Below, piece by piece: positions 39,576 to 52,004 of a stretch of 64,000 nucleotides of DNA (position 1 is its first letter; each line of letters opens with the position of its first letter). The notes beneath the pieces are model-generated. The model saw only the letters and a list, made by a program, of their open reading frames with translations, was not told the DNA's origin and did no database searches. A program made the position numbers and the translations under genes. This DNA is from Hemiscyllium ocellatum (Eukaryota). Location: contig NC_083437.1 in the NCBI RefSeq assembly GCF_020745735.1, forward strand, positions 24,552,001 through 24,616,000. The letters are read 5' to 3'.

Positions 39576-40129
39576 ACCACTGGAGAAAAGTTTGCAGCTT
39601 TAAAAAGCTGAGAGGAATCTTTGGAAATGGAACAAATTGGTGCAATTGTGTCTCCAGAAGTTCCTCAGTTTCCCACTGGACCTATGTTGAATGAGAATGT
39701 TTGACCCCAGTTTCCAAAGCATAACAGTTGATTAGAACAGGAAACCTGATTCCCGTAAACAAAAAGATGCAATGACTCAGTTTCTTCCTATCCATGAGGA
39801 TGTTATCTCATTGTGGTTTGAAAGCATTAAAATTAACTGACCAGTGTTTGCTGAATTAATTTTAGCAACATTGAACGTTGTGTTTTCGTGGGATAAAGGA
39901 TATTTGCTTTCTGTTTAAATAAGTCAAAGCCAGGGTCAAATACGACCTGCCAGATTGCAGTACTTGCTTCCTGTGCACACACGCAAAGCATCATGAGTCG
40001 AGTGAAGCATTGGAGAAATGTTCTTGGATATTCACTGATGCAGAAATTAATGCTTCAAGAAAGGAGACACTTGGCCCTAAATATATAAAACTTAAACTTT
40101 TTTTTTATGTACTCTTATCTACCACTTCA

Positions 40130-40425
40130 GACATTCACTTCAGGTAACCCTGGTGCAGAGTGACAGCAGTGTGTACTACTGACTAGATGCAGCACAGCTA
40201 TTCACTGAGACTTCTGTACCAGAGCATTCCAAACCTGTGACCTTTACCACATAGAAGAACAAGAGTGGAAAATGCATGGGAACACCACCTCCTCCACCTC
40301 CAAGTTCTCCTCCAAGCCACACCTCACCCTGACTTGGAATTAAATTCTAGTTCCTTCACTGTCCTTGAATAAAAACCCTGGAATTCCCTCCGTGACAGCA
40401 CAGTGGATGTGCCTACATCACATGA
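40130..40425 (+). mobile_element. Zenon-like LINE 3' fragment
   Basis: GGGAACACCACC...CCTGACTTGGAA...CCTGGAATTCCCTCC. Confidence 0.65.
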
Positions 40426-40639
40426 AGGAAAAAACTTGATGTTTTTACAAGCTCTAGCCTGCAGTATCAGCTCCTTGTGGATGTCTGGGGACCATCCTGC
40501 TGACCAGCAATTGGAGTGAGCATCAAACCAGACCTTTACACAGAACAGACACAGCCAGTCATGGCCTCTGTCACTCTCTCAGCCAGGGAAACCATTTCTT
40601 AATGTGGTGAGCAACGTTTTGAAAGGCAAGTGACTTATA

Positions 40640-40970
40640 AAACAAAACTTGCATTTTTATAGCACCTTTAAAGAAATACAGCCAATCCTGCAAAGTAGGA
40701 AACACAGCGTCCAACTGTGCCAAGCAAATAGGTGATCATGACCAGATTATGTGGGCATCAAAAAAACTACTCTGCTGTACATGGTCTTTTATGCTCACCA
40801 CAGAGAACAAGTGGAACTGAAGTTTCGCGTCACATCTGAAAGGCAATATGCTGTACAGTACAGCTGTCCCTATTTGCTGCACTGAAGTATCAGCCCCCAT
40901 TTCGTGCTCAAGTACCTGATGTGGGACTGAAACCAAGCTTTTCATGGAGATGAGAGTGATCCACAGCTCA
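40640..40970 (-). mobile_element. DeuSINE-like relic
   Basis: ACTTGCATTTTTATAGCACCTTT tail, ATGACCAGATTAT, and GTGCTCAAGT...GGGACTGAAACC head. Confidence 0.5.
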
Positions 40971-43127
40971 AACTGTCATTAGGTCAGTTGGTCAATGTCA
41001 TTGAAGAGAATTTCTCATAAAGAGATGTGTGCACAATAAAGTGATCAAATAGCATTGTACTGTGTCTGCACAGCTTTTAAACGAGGCTGGGGTCAGTGTT
41101 TTTTTTATCTTGTAGGGCATTCATTGAAAATAGCTACTTGTTAAAACAGCACTTATTATAGGAACAGAATTAGACAGAAAGAAACATCTTGAAGTCATTT
41201 GATGTAAGTAAATATTTCCAGTGGCATTGCTTCAGGTAGGTTCTCAGGAAATGGTCACTCTCAGAGGGTCCGTTAAAAGAGTACCACTTAATGTAGTTGG
41301 AATGATGGCAAATGATACTGAAACACTGGAGAATTTGTTGAAATTCTGGCAGCAGCACTGCACATGGAGAGTGCCTGAATAGTTTCTTTTCTGCTGCTCT
41401 CTGCAGACACTTGGAAACTTGTTTGGAAGCCTTGTGATTTGCCCCATTTCTGCGTCAAAATAAATTTGGATGTTCGTAGCAATAATTTTCTTTATTGTTG
41501 TGTTTTGATCGGCAGAGCTGTTGTGTGATGCATTCATTGCCAGAGCCTTCTGTGAGCGTTTAGGCCACTTGTCAGTGATGCTGTTTATTTAACCCTTCGA
41601 GCCACAGCACTGACCTCCAGCCACCCACCTTCTGAAAGGCTAATTTGCACAATGGTTACAGCATAGTAGGGGGCTATTCATCATGTCCTTGAGAGTTACT
41701 TACCTAGTCTTACACCCCTGTCTCTCCTGCAAATTGGTTCGCTTTAGATAATTAGCCAAGTTCCTTTTAAAAGCCACAGTTGAATCTGTCTCCATTACAT
41801 TCTCAGGCAATTCATTCTACACTGTTACCATTTGTTGCGTAAGAATGTTATTCTCAGATTCCCATTGCTTATTTGGCCAGTCACCTTTGGTTCTTGATCC
41901 CTACAGTAATAGCATAAGGTTCTCCGTTTCTGCTCTTTCCAGATCCCTTATGATTTTCGAAAACCCGATCAAATTTCTTCTCAACTTTCTCCTCTGTAAA
42001 ATAGGAAATTACAGCTTTGCCATTCTATGCCCTTAACAGAAGCCTCTCATTTCAGGAGCATCTATAATTGGAAGCCATCTATTTCCCTGTTCCAAAGCTT
42101 GAATGGCATTGGACTTGGAGTTGAAAATGTGCAACACAGACCTTACATCCAGTCCACTTCTGTTACATTTTGGAGGATTTTGGAGTTAAAGTGAGCCTAA
42201 TGGCAGTAGGTGTCACTCGATAATGATCTGAAGTGGGAGGATGTTGGAAGTCTGTGGCTGAGCCAGCTAACACAGTAAGTGCCAGGCTTCCAACTGGGAC
42301 ATTCCCGTTGGTTTGGACTAAGTTTCACTTCAGGCAGCACAATCAATGATGGAATCATTTGAGGAATATTTTTAAAGTAGATTCTTGGAATATTACATTG
42401 CTATACAAGGTCAACATTTATCGGTCATCCCTAGTTGCTCTTGGGAAGGTGATGGTGAGCTTGCTCCTTTGATTTCTCAAGATTCCAGGTGCTGAAGGTA
42501 CACATAGTGACAATAAACAGGGAGGTCCAGGATTTTGACTCAATGACAAAGCAGAAGTGGCAGTTTATTTCCAAGTTGAAAAGTGTGCAACTTGTCAGGG
42601 AGCTTGAAGGTGGTGATGTTCCCGTGCTCCTGCTGTGCTTGTCCTGTTGAATGCTTCATGTCAACTTGTAGATTTGATTGCCTCCTGTGTGTATGTATAT
42701 GTCTATCTACACAGTAAGGCATCTAACATCAAGCCTCAAGCATCACATTTGCAAGTATGGCACGTTGTATTACCTCTCTAACAATCTCCAAAATATTGTA
42801 GGAAGAGAAAGATTGATTTGATTTTGCTTTGTTTCTCCAGAGAAACTTATCCTTTGGTAATCCTCAGCTTATGTCTAATAGGAATTAGAATATAATCAAC
42901 CCCGACACTGACAATTTTCAGCAGTTAGGCTTTGAGTTCATAAAGCAGCAAAGCATCACCTTAGCAGTAGGATAGTATTGGATGATAAATAACAAGCATT
43001 TTGGATTCAAGTGATGCCACAGATGTCTAAGCTAATCTTTTTTCTGATAGGGCTTTTGTGTTTATAGTTAACTTTACTCAACATAAAACAAAGGTGCAGT
43101 GCCATAAGTCAAAGGATGAGCCACTGT

Positions 43128-43522
43128 TCATAGAATCATAGAATCCCTACAGTGTGGAAGTAGATCCATCAGCCCATTGGATGACCCTTCAAAGAGCATA
43201 CCACCCAGACATACCCAACGACTCTATTCCTGTAACCTTGCATTTCCCATGGGAAATCCACCCAACCTATATATCCTTGAACACTATAGGTAATTTAGCC
43301 TGGCCAATCCACCCAACCTACATATCCTTGGACACTATAGGTAATTTAGCCTGGCCAATCCACCCAACCCACATATCTTTGAGCTGTGCAGAAAACCGTC
43401 TCACCCAGAGGAAATCCATGCAGACGTGGGGGGAGCATGCAAACTCCACACAGAGAATCATCTGAGAGTGGAATTAAATCCTGGGCCCCTGCCGCTGTGC
43501 TAACCACTGAGCCACCATGCTG
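43128..43522 (-). mobile_element. HE1-like V-SINE with an extra 51-bp internal repeat
   Basis: TCATAGAATCATAGAATC tail; the unit AATCCACCCAACCT...TAGCCTGGCC is tandemly repeated; V core and head present. Confidence 0.85.
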
Positions 43523-44267
43523 TCTAGTGTTGACCTTCATTGCTGTGTGGGAAGTGCTGAAAATTCTTTTTTTGAGGACTTGGCAAAATGATTCATGACA
43601 GAGAGGAGGTGTTGCAAGTTCTTGGAAAGCAGTACAACAGATGGTTCAGGTTTGTCTGAATCAATGAGTTTGAGATCCTGACTCAGCTGCCCACAGTGAC
43701 TAGGGCCCAGTCAGATTTCAGTGGAGTCACGGTGAACTTACCATCCCTGCCAATTTCAGCCAGGAAGTAGGTAGACCTCTCCACCACTCCAGTAAAAGCT
43801 GCCAAATTACTCCATCTTGCACATCTACTGCTCGCATCTCTATGTAAGGGAAAATGTGCTTGTATTTCAGGCAATGAAGGCTAACTTTATTGGCCTATGG
43901 GATGAAGAAGTTGTCATATAATGACAGGCTGAATAAATTGGATCTCTGCTCTCTAGTATTTGGAAGAATGAGAGGTGATCTGCTTGAAACACAGAAGAAG
44001 GAGCTGTCAAGCTAGGTATTGAGACACTCTCCCTATTAGTAAGGGTGTAAAGAGGCTGTCAAGAGGAGTATGCTGGAAGTCAGGCCTAGTAGTCCTTGAG
44101 CCACAACAGAAGTGTAAATGTCTTACTGAATCACTCTAAAATGATCAGCTTGTTTCTCTTTATCACTGTTAACTAGAATAAAAGAGATTTTCACCAGGCT
44201 TCTCGCTAAACTGAAAAATTTTATTTAGACAAACTTTTTCTTCATACAAAGGTTAAACATTTTCAAC

Positions 44268-45216
44268 TTTGGTATCCATGGGGATGGCCTCAACTGGGAC
44301 CTTGAGTTCATGTCATGCTACAGGTGACCCCATTGCACTTATACACACATACAGACGCATGCACACACTCCTACACACACACTCATGCAGACCCTCTCTC
44401 ATGTGCTCACACATACACTCCCACACGCATCCTCTCACAGACTTGTACCCCTTTACACTTACGTTCACACACATACACTCACTCTCTCCGCAGACACACT
44501 CACACACACATTTCCACCCCCCCCCCCCCCTCGCGTGGAGTTTGCACATTCTCCCCTTGACTGCGTGGGTTTCCTCCGGGTGCTCCGGTTTCCTCCCACA
44601 GTCCAATGGTGTGCAGGTTAGGTGAATTTGCCATGTTAAATTGCCCGTAGTGTTAGGTGAAGGAGTAAATGAATGGGTTTGGGTGGGTTGCTCTTCAGAG
44701 GGTCAGTGTGGACATGTTGGGCCAAAGGGCCTGTTTCCACACTGTAAGTAATCTAATTGTGGAGTGAATTTGTACTTGCAGAGTTACATTTTATTTTGCT
44801 CATACACTGCATTAGTCCATGTAAGATTCTGTGAATCTGTTTTTTAGATTAGAATCAGCCTGACCGTTGTGGCACAGTCTCACACAGGGCACCTCACACC
44901 TTCAATGCATTATCTGGGCTGACATGACACCAATTGTTAAAGTTCACTTGAGAATGTAACTTTTTTTTTAAAAGTTTTGCGATTTACATATGACAGAACT
45001 GAAACCAACATGGTCATTCTAAAAGATGAGAAACTTGACAAACAATCCAAGTCTTCAAGATATAATTTCAGTTACATCACACTGTAAACTTATGCTGTAA
45101 ATTCTGTGTTTTACAATCTTATTCCCACAGCCACCTGATAAAGGAGCAGTGCTCCAAAAGCTAGTGCTTCCACATAAACCTGTTGGACTATAACCTGGTG
45201 TTGTGTGATTTTCAAC
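44268..45216 (+). mobile_element. Penelope-like element 3' portion (family B)
   Basis: EN C-terminus FGIHGDGLNWDLEFMSCYR*, CA-rich tract, and a pLTR end nearly identical to the right arm of 11113-11302. ATTTTCAAC is repeated at both ends. Confidence 0.75.
44535..44757 (+). mobile_element. 5'-truncated HE1-like SINE nested in a PLE 3' region
   Basis: Starts at GTGGAGTTTGCAC and ends TAAGTAATCTAA. The host resumes with GTGGAGTGAATTTG. Confidence 0.85.
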
Positions 45217-45252
45217 ATAATGCCAATTATCAACTGAGCAAATTAAAATACA

Positions 45253-45493
45253 CCTGAAAACAAAAAAAATGTTGAAAATCACGGCAGGTCAGGCAGCATT
45301 CTTGGAAAGAGAGCAAGCTAACATTTTGCATCTAGATGACTTCTTCAAAGTAGCTCACCAGCACTGATGAAAAGTTATCTAGACTTGAAAAGTTAGCTTG
45401 ATCTCTCTCCTTGGATGCTGCCTGACTAGCTGTAATTTCCAGCATTTGATTGCTTTCAGTACAGATTCCAGCATCTGCAATAATGTGCTCCTG
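45253..45493. mobile_element. Fold-back mini-PLE (family D-related)
   Basis: Inverted arms around CTGATGAAAAGTTATCTAGACTTGAAA. Perfect TSD AATTAAAATACA at 45241-45252 / 45494-45505. Confidence 0.82.
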
Positions 45494-46194
45494 AATTAAA
45501 ATACAACCCCCCTTAATCCCTAATGTACATGCATTCACACACAGACAGGACAAAGGCATACATGATGCAGCCATGCAGAGCAATTATCAGTGGGAAAGTA
45601 GGGAAAGCCCCATGAACCAAGAGCTCAAACTATAAAAGTGGATTGAGTGCATTTCTCACAGCTCCTTTAGTTTCTTGTGAATGGACTCATATTCCTGTTG
45701 GTTACAAAATGATGAGAAATTTTCAGACCAGATTTTAGATTCAGTTGGAAATAGCTAGGGGTCATGACATTTGAAATTTTAGCAGATTTTTTTTCCTAAA
45801 ATCCTTCACTGAGAGAGATGGATAGACAGCACTTCTTTCAACTCTATACTCTGACTGTTACAGACTGAGACATTCTACACACTTCAGCCACTGCCCACAG
45901 CCCCTGGGTGTGTAGGAAAAGAAAAGCACCCATTACCTCAGTCGAGAGGTTATTGATAGGCAAACAGCAGCCCAGATCCTTTAGGGTTTCCAAGGTCTGT
46001 CTGTTCAAGTATTAAAGCAAGAAAACTTCACCCTTATATCTACCATAAAAATAATTTTATTTTGTAAAGAGTAAATAGAAGATGATAATCTTTAATTTTT
46101 GATTTTGCAGTTTCAAACAAGCACCTGATAAATCCTTTTCATCCCAGTAATGTCCAACTGGCCATTTTTCAGTTCTCACAATCCATAAATACAG

Positions 46195-46332
46195 GTTTGG
46201 TAGTTCAGTTTGCAAAGTGATGCCAACAATATGGGTTCAATCCCTGCACTGATTGAAATTACCATTAAAGGTGCCTCCTTCTCAACCCCTCTCCCCTCCT
46301 GAGGTATAGTGACTCTCAGGTTAAACCACCCC

Positions 46333-46373
<41 letters not shown>

Positions 46374-46420
46374 GAGAGAGCACCCCTTTGTTCTAGTAGG
46401 ACAATGGTGCCTTGACCTTT
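46195..46420 (+). mobile_element. tRNA-derived SINE with Meta-SINE-like core and expanded (CT)n
   Basis: B-box GGGTTCAATCCC, core CCTGAGGT..AGTGACTCTCAGGTTAAACCACC.CAGTC, and (CT)n at about 46339-46371. Superfamily name is from memory. Confidence 0.6.
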
Positions 46421-46775
46421 TTAATTCATGAACGTATCCATTCCCAGAAAGGGAATCTGAAGATACAGGGCCAATCGTTTAGATCTAAGATGAGGAAAAA
46501 TTACTTCACTCAAAGATTTGAGATTCTGGAATTTTCTAACTCCGGAGAATTTGGATAGACAGTTTTTTTGACCTCCTGAGAAATCAAGGGAAACACAGAA
46601 TTGTTGGAAACATGTTCCTATTTATTTTCAGAGCTAAAGGCCAACTAGAACCTTGAATAAAATGTTTGTTCATTGGCGTCCATTCCCTTTATTCTGCATG
46701 GGAAAGCCTTCCCAAGTTCCCTGGAAAGCATGTACTGTATTATCCTATTTTTATGTCCTTAACTCTAAGTCACTG

Positions 46776-47525
46776 CCTTGGACTTGATCAAGATATTTAG
46801 CCTAACCCACACTGGGGAAATATGATTCCAGGTGTGAAATCTTGACATTTACATTCCTTCGCCGTCATTCAGTAATCCTTTCTCTTCCATCTGATGTTTT
46901 TAAAGCTAATGGACTAAAGTGTTCAAAGAATCTTTGTAAAAAGCATCATTTATTGTAATACCCATGTTTGTTTCCTCCTGAGCTGTTGCAGTGTCTTTTG
47001 GAATGGTGTTTAATCCCCGGGGTCTCCAGAGCAACCGTCTTGCTCAGCAGTAAAGGGTCTGGGGAGACATGATTGTTCATTCATCATTCATTCCAATTTG
47101 TGGCAAGGCCTTTGTGTTTTGTCAGCTGGAGGTGTGCCATGTTTTGCTCAGATTGAGCCCAAAAGGAAACAGGTCTTGATGCTTGATTTTCATCCAACTT
47201 TCCAATAAAAGTACCGCTCAGTGCATTCCAAGATCTTGAGCAACTCTTTGCTACAGTTTGTCTTGTTTGTGGCATTTCTCTTTCATCTAGTTCCTTGGAC
47301 TTGATCAAGATATTTAGCCTAACCCACACTGGGAAATATGATTCCAGGTGTGAAATCTTGACATTTACATTCCTTCGCCGTCATTCAGTAATCCTTTCTC
47401 TTCCATCTGATGTTTTTAAAACTAATGGACTAAAGTGTTCAAAGAATCTTTGTAAAAAGCATCATTTATTGTAATACCCATGTTTGTTTCCTCCTGGGCT
47501 GTTGCCGTGTCTTTGGGAATGGTGT
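46776..47525 (+). repeat. Spaced direct repeat: 46776-47009 and 47293-47525
   Basis: About 233 bp per copy, 5 differences by eye, 283-bp spacer. Confidence 0.95.
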
Positions 47526-47626
47526 CTAGTTCTTCTGGTAGAAGTGGTGTTTGCTACGTGACCTAAGGTTCCTAATGTTCTGGGATCCTCGCATTTGTAC
47601 CAAACTACTGAACCCCAGAAATATGA

Positions 47627-47677
47627 GAACAGCACACACGGAACAGCACACACGGAACTGCACACACGGAACTGCAC
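47627..47677 (+). repeat. 14-bp minisatellite GAAC(A/T)GCACACACG, about 3.6 copies
   Basis: Read directly from the sequence. Confidence 0.9.
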
Positions 47678-47844
47678 CAGGGCAATTCCCCTTTTCAAAG
47701 GGAAGGTCAGAAACAACAAAAATACAAAAATTATTGTGCCTGCCTGGACATGAGTAAAAGTACCCCTTAATATTGTGTACCATTTAGCTGGGGGCACTCG
47801 TACAACCTTGCTGATTATGCCGACTGCTAGTATTGTGAAACTCA

Positions 47845-48023
47845 GCAGCCTTGGCTAGAAGGCTGGTTTGTGATGCAGAGTAACATCAACAGAGTGTGTT
47901 CAATTCCTGCACCAGCTGATGTTGCCACCTTCTCATCCTTGCCCTGTCCTGAGGTGTGGTGACCTTCAGGTTAAACTCACCACTAGTCATGTCTCTCTAA
48001 GGAGAGGGTAACCCTATGGTCTC
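47845..48023 (+). mobile_element. Same Meta-SINE-like family
   Basis: GTTCAATTCCTGCA...CCTGAGGTGTGGTGACCTTCAGGTTAAACTCACCACTAGTC...CCCTATGGTC. Confidence 0.62.
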
Positions 48024-48714
48024 TTTTTTTTTAAGCTGTATTACATATCATAACATCTGTGAACAATTCCAATTGCCATGTATTTTGCCACACACAGGTG
48101 TCAATTAAATTCTGTTGTACATTTCACTGTCTGTGTTTCTTTTGTCTGCACTCATGGGATGTGGGCATCACTGTCTGAGTGAGAATTTATTGACCATCCC
48201 CAATTAATCTAAAGCTAAGTGGCTTGCAGTTAAGAGTCAATAAAATTGCTGTAGGTATGGAGGCACGTGTCGGCCAGATCAGTAAAGGATGACAGATCTC
48301 CTTCCCTAAAGAGACTACAGTGGACCAGGTGAATATCTACAACAATGGATTATTGTTGCCACTAGACTAGCTTTTTAATTCCAGATTTTTATTGGGCCTG
48401 ATTTTCACCATCCACCACCTACGTCATCAGAGAGTGAGGTTTTTGGAGTACTCACTCATTGACATTCCTACTACAATCGCCTCCCCTTCATATGATGGGC
48501 GGAAATTGCCAAATATAAACTTCAGTATCAGATAGTATGAGGATATTGTTAAATAGGTTAACCAGTTAGAACTAGAAACCTCGAAAAGGAAAACCTCAAG
48601 TCAAGGACTGTGGTCATGAAATAGAGGAATGTGCTGGTTTGATAACACTTTCAGAGAACCAACAGAGCCAGAATGGGCTGATTGGCCACTTCCTGGACTG
48701 TTTACTTTTAAATG

Positions 48715-48890
48715 ACGCTGGCTTAAAAGTCCTGGAACTCCCTCCCTGACAGCACTGTGGGTGCACCTACACCAAGTGGACTGCAGTGGTTCAAGAAGGT
48801 AGCTCACCACCATCATCTCAAGGGCTTCTGGGAATGGCCAAACCAGTGATGCCCACATCCACAGCCCATGAATGATTTCCTATTTTTAAA
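48715..48890 (+). mobile_element. Zenon-like LINE 3' tail
   Basis: GGACTGCAGTGGTTCAAGAAGGTAGCTCACCACC...GATGCCCACATCC. Confidence 0.7.
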
Positions 48891-50064
48891 TGAATCCAGA
48901 ACAAATAGAACAGACAGAGCTAAATCAAAAATTTGTACAAAACAACTGCTTCCTGTTAGTAGATAAATAATGGTGTAAAGGGATAGGAGAGAGATTGATA
49001 CAGAAATAGTTATTGCTGTTTCATTACAGCAAAAGGACTGAGGATTTTATTTCTGAGTTTGTGAATAGTGCTGAATGAACAGAATGATAAAGCAGAAAAC
49101 CTTGTACGTGTCAGGAAAGAATCAGAGCTGCTGGTTGCGAGTCAAACATCTGGTCAAAATGTTGCCCTGATGAGTAATGTCGCTGCATCTACCACAAGTG
49201 ATGAAAGTGGGAAATTTGGGAAAGTATCGGTTACTCAGGAATCCACAGTGGAATTGGGGGAAGTATGTTTTAAAAAAGGAAAACATTCCTGGCATTCTGA
49301 GCTGAACTTCCAAACTGCTGGTGACCATGTATAGTTAGTTACGTTGCACATAAAGCAGCATTTACACAAGGTCAGCCATCCTGAGATGTTGTCAAAGAAA
49401 CGCATTCCTGGGGCACCGGTGGTGTCAGTCAATGTTCAGAGGTTACCATCAGGCTGCTTTTGGGCTGTTCCAGGAAATGTTTTAAAGAGCAGAGGTATTT
49501 GCAGCTTGGAGGTTCTGGTGCAGTTGGACAGTTGGAAGGTCCAATGGCTTTATTCTCTAGTTATGGGCCTATTCGGATAGCCAAAGAGTTCCTTCATCTG
49601 ATGACAATGTAAAGGCGTATTAGGTGATTCTTAGTTCCTCAATTGTAGTGGAATTGCTTATTTACATAAATGAATTCCTAACTGGTATTATAGGAAGGAT
49701 ATTTTGTTTGCGATGGGCACTTTTCCACCACTGACAGGAACATCCCATTGCCTCTATAAGAGAAGGTTTGCCAAAATTAAGGTCCCAACAGGCACTAAAG
49801 TGACCGGTGCCAAGTCTTCCCTGGATTATAGACTTAGAAGCAAAAATGCCACCCATGAGAGTTGCCAACCAATCAAAAGGTGCCAATTCTCCACTGCCCA
49901 CAGCATCATTGGGAGTTGTGGTAACTGTTGGCAGTGCATCCCACCAAAGGCCCAGGATTGAGGAGCAATCCCAGGCTAAAGGGGAGTGAAGGTGGGGATG
50001 AGGGGAATGGGGCCCAGTTTACCCACATGGTGACTCTCCCAAACTCTGGCTGAATACCAGCAAC

Positions 50065-50261
50065 TAGGTGAAAGTGAGGACTGCAGATGCTGGAGATCAG
50101 AATAGAGAGTGTGGCGCTGGAAAAGCACAGCAGGTCAGGCAGCATCCGAGGAGCTGACCATAAACCCTTCCCGATGGAGGGCTTATGCCCAAAATGATGA
50201 TTCTCCTGCTCCTCAGATGCTGCCAGACCAGCTGTGCTTTTCCATCACCACACTCTCGACA
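50065..50261. mobile_element. Fold-back mini-PLE (family A)
   Basis: Inverted arms and a perfect 15-bp TSD CTGAATACCAGCAAC at 50050-50064 / 50262-50276. Confidence 0.88.
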
Positions 50262-52004
50262 CTGAATACCAGCAACAGCAGGATGAAGCCTTTAAGTGGT
50301 CATTAATTGTGCATTTTAATCGCTTAATTGTTTTCTGGGTTGAAAGATCATTAAGGAGCCTTCCCCACCCTGAATTAATCAGGTGTAGGCAAAAGGCCTC
50401 AGGTCACCGATCAACACTTTCACGAATCCAGTTTGAAACACTCCACACCCAAACCCACCTTCAGGATGGGAGCATTAAATTCCACCCGCAATATCCCTTC
50501 ATTTACATTAGAGTGATCTAATTTGCTGTTAGACTTCCTCAATTACAGTGCACCACTTTTTATTTAATGCCATTACCATTATAAAGCTCCCTCACTCTCA
50601 ACATGTTATTACCATTTAGCCTGGTCTCCTCATTTAGATAAACAACATTGCTTCATTTAAATCCAACGCCTTGAGATTTATGTTCCTCCTTACCCATATC
50701 TGCTTACATCATGCATATATAGATGTGGCAGTCAAAAGGTCCCCAAAACATCGTGAGATGAATGACCATGTGTGGCTAAGGGGTGAGATATTGTGAGAAT
50801 TCCAGGGTTTACTTTGAATCATTCCAGGGTACCTTTTCCAGCTAACTAAATCTTCAAATAAAAAAAAAGCAGACTTGCATTTGTACAGGAAATTCAAGCA
50901 CAAGTAGGATATTGTATTTGAGTTGAGGTACCACCTTCTAGAAGGATGTGAAAAGGATACAGAAAGCATTAATGAGAATGGAATAAGAACTTAAATGACA
51001 CGGATAGGTTTGAGAGGGTTCTCCTGAGATTTGTTGGAATTTGAAAGGAGATTTGTTGGAGGTGTTCAAAATCACAAGGATTCTTGACAGAGTAAATAGG
51101 GTGGTTTAGTTCCCATCGATGGAAGGGCAGGGAACCAGAGGGCATATTTTTAAAATGGTTAGCAAAAGAACTGATGTAAACATTAGGAAAAGCTTTGTTG
51201 TGTAGCACTTTGTCAGGATCTGGAAAGGACTGGCTGAATGGCTAGTGGGGGCAGATTCAACCATGGCTTTTAAAAGTGAACTAGATTGAAGTAACAGGTC
51301 ATGGGGGAAAGGAGTGGGGCGAGCTGGATTACTCTTGCAGAGAGCTTGTATGAGCTTGAAGGGATGTATAGCCTCCTTCATTGCTACGACCATTGTATTA
51401 TTTCATTGATAATCTTTTTTTTTGTTACAAGGGCTTCTTGTAACATCGTGAAGAGTTCTTTGTCAGGATGGATGGCAGTGGTTGTCGTAGTATATGAAGA
51501 AAGATTACATACAGCAATTAGTTCTGTTGTTTATCATACTCTTCCAGGAACTGGGGGAGCAAATCTCTAATGGAAAACTGTTATTCCTTGTCCAATTCAG
51601 GCATGGAGAAGGAGCCCTAATTTCACTGCTGGTTGATAAATGATTTGCTGCTGAAACTATTAGAGGGGCCAGGAATTATCCTGAAGCAACTGACAGCTAT
51701 AGTACTAGATGTCAAATTTATAGTAATGTTCTCTTTGGTGACCTTTCTTGTGTAGAACCTCTCTCTGCTCCCCCTATAGCCCCAAGATAATCTACAACCA
51801 GAAAGTGAAAGATGCAACAAGCAATTGCAGATTGTCACATGGAGACATCATACCACGTGTTAGTGCCTCTATTACAGTGGAGAAAAATACCAAATACTAA
51901 TGTTGACACTGCACACACACACACATCTGCCCATCACTCGCCACTCTGGTGCTATCATGTGGGCAAGTTGATCATAGTGCATTAAAAACCAGTACAGATA
52001 ATGT

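Noticed and set aside
44046-45769. Possible second solo LTR (TGT.AAGA...TCATGACA) underlying the PLE nest
   Set aside because: The termini are suggestive, but I found no TSD and the flanking CR1 fragment does not resume afterwards.
49685-50490. MITE-like host element around the 50065 insert (also about 5435-5720)
   Set aside because: It looks repeat-derived, but I could not define terminal inverted repeats or a TSD.
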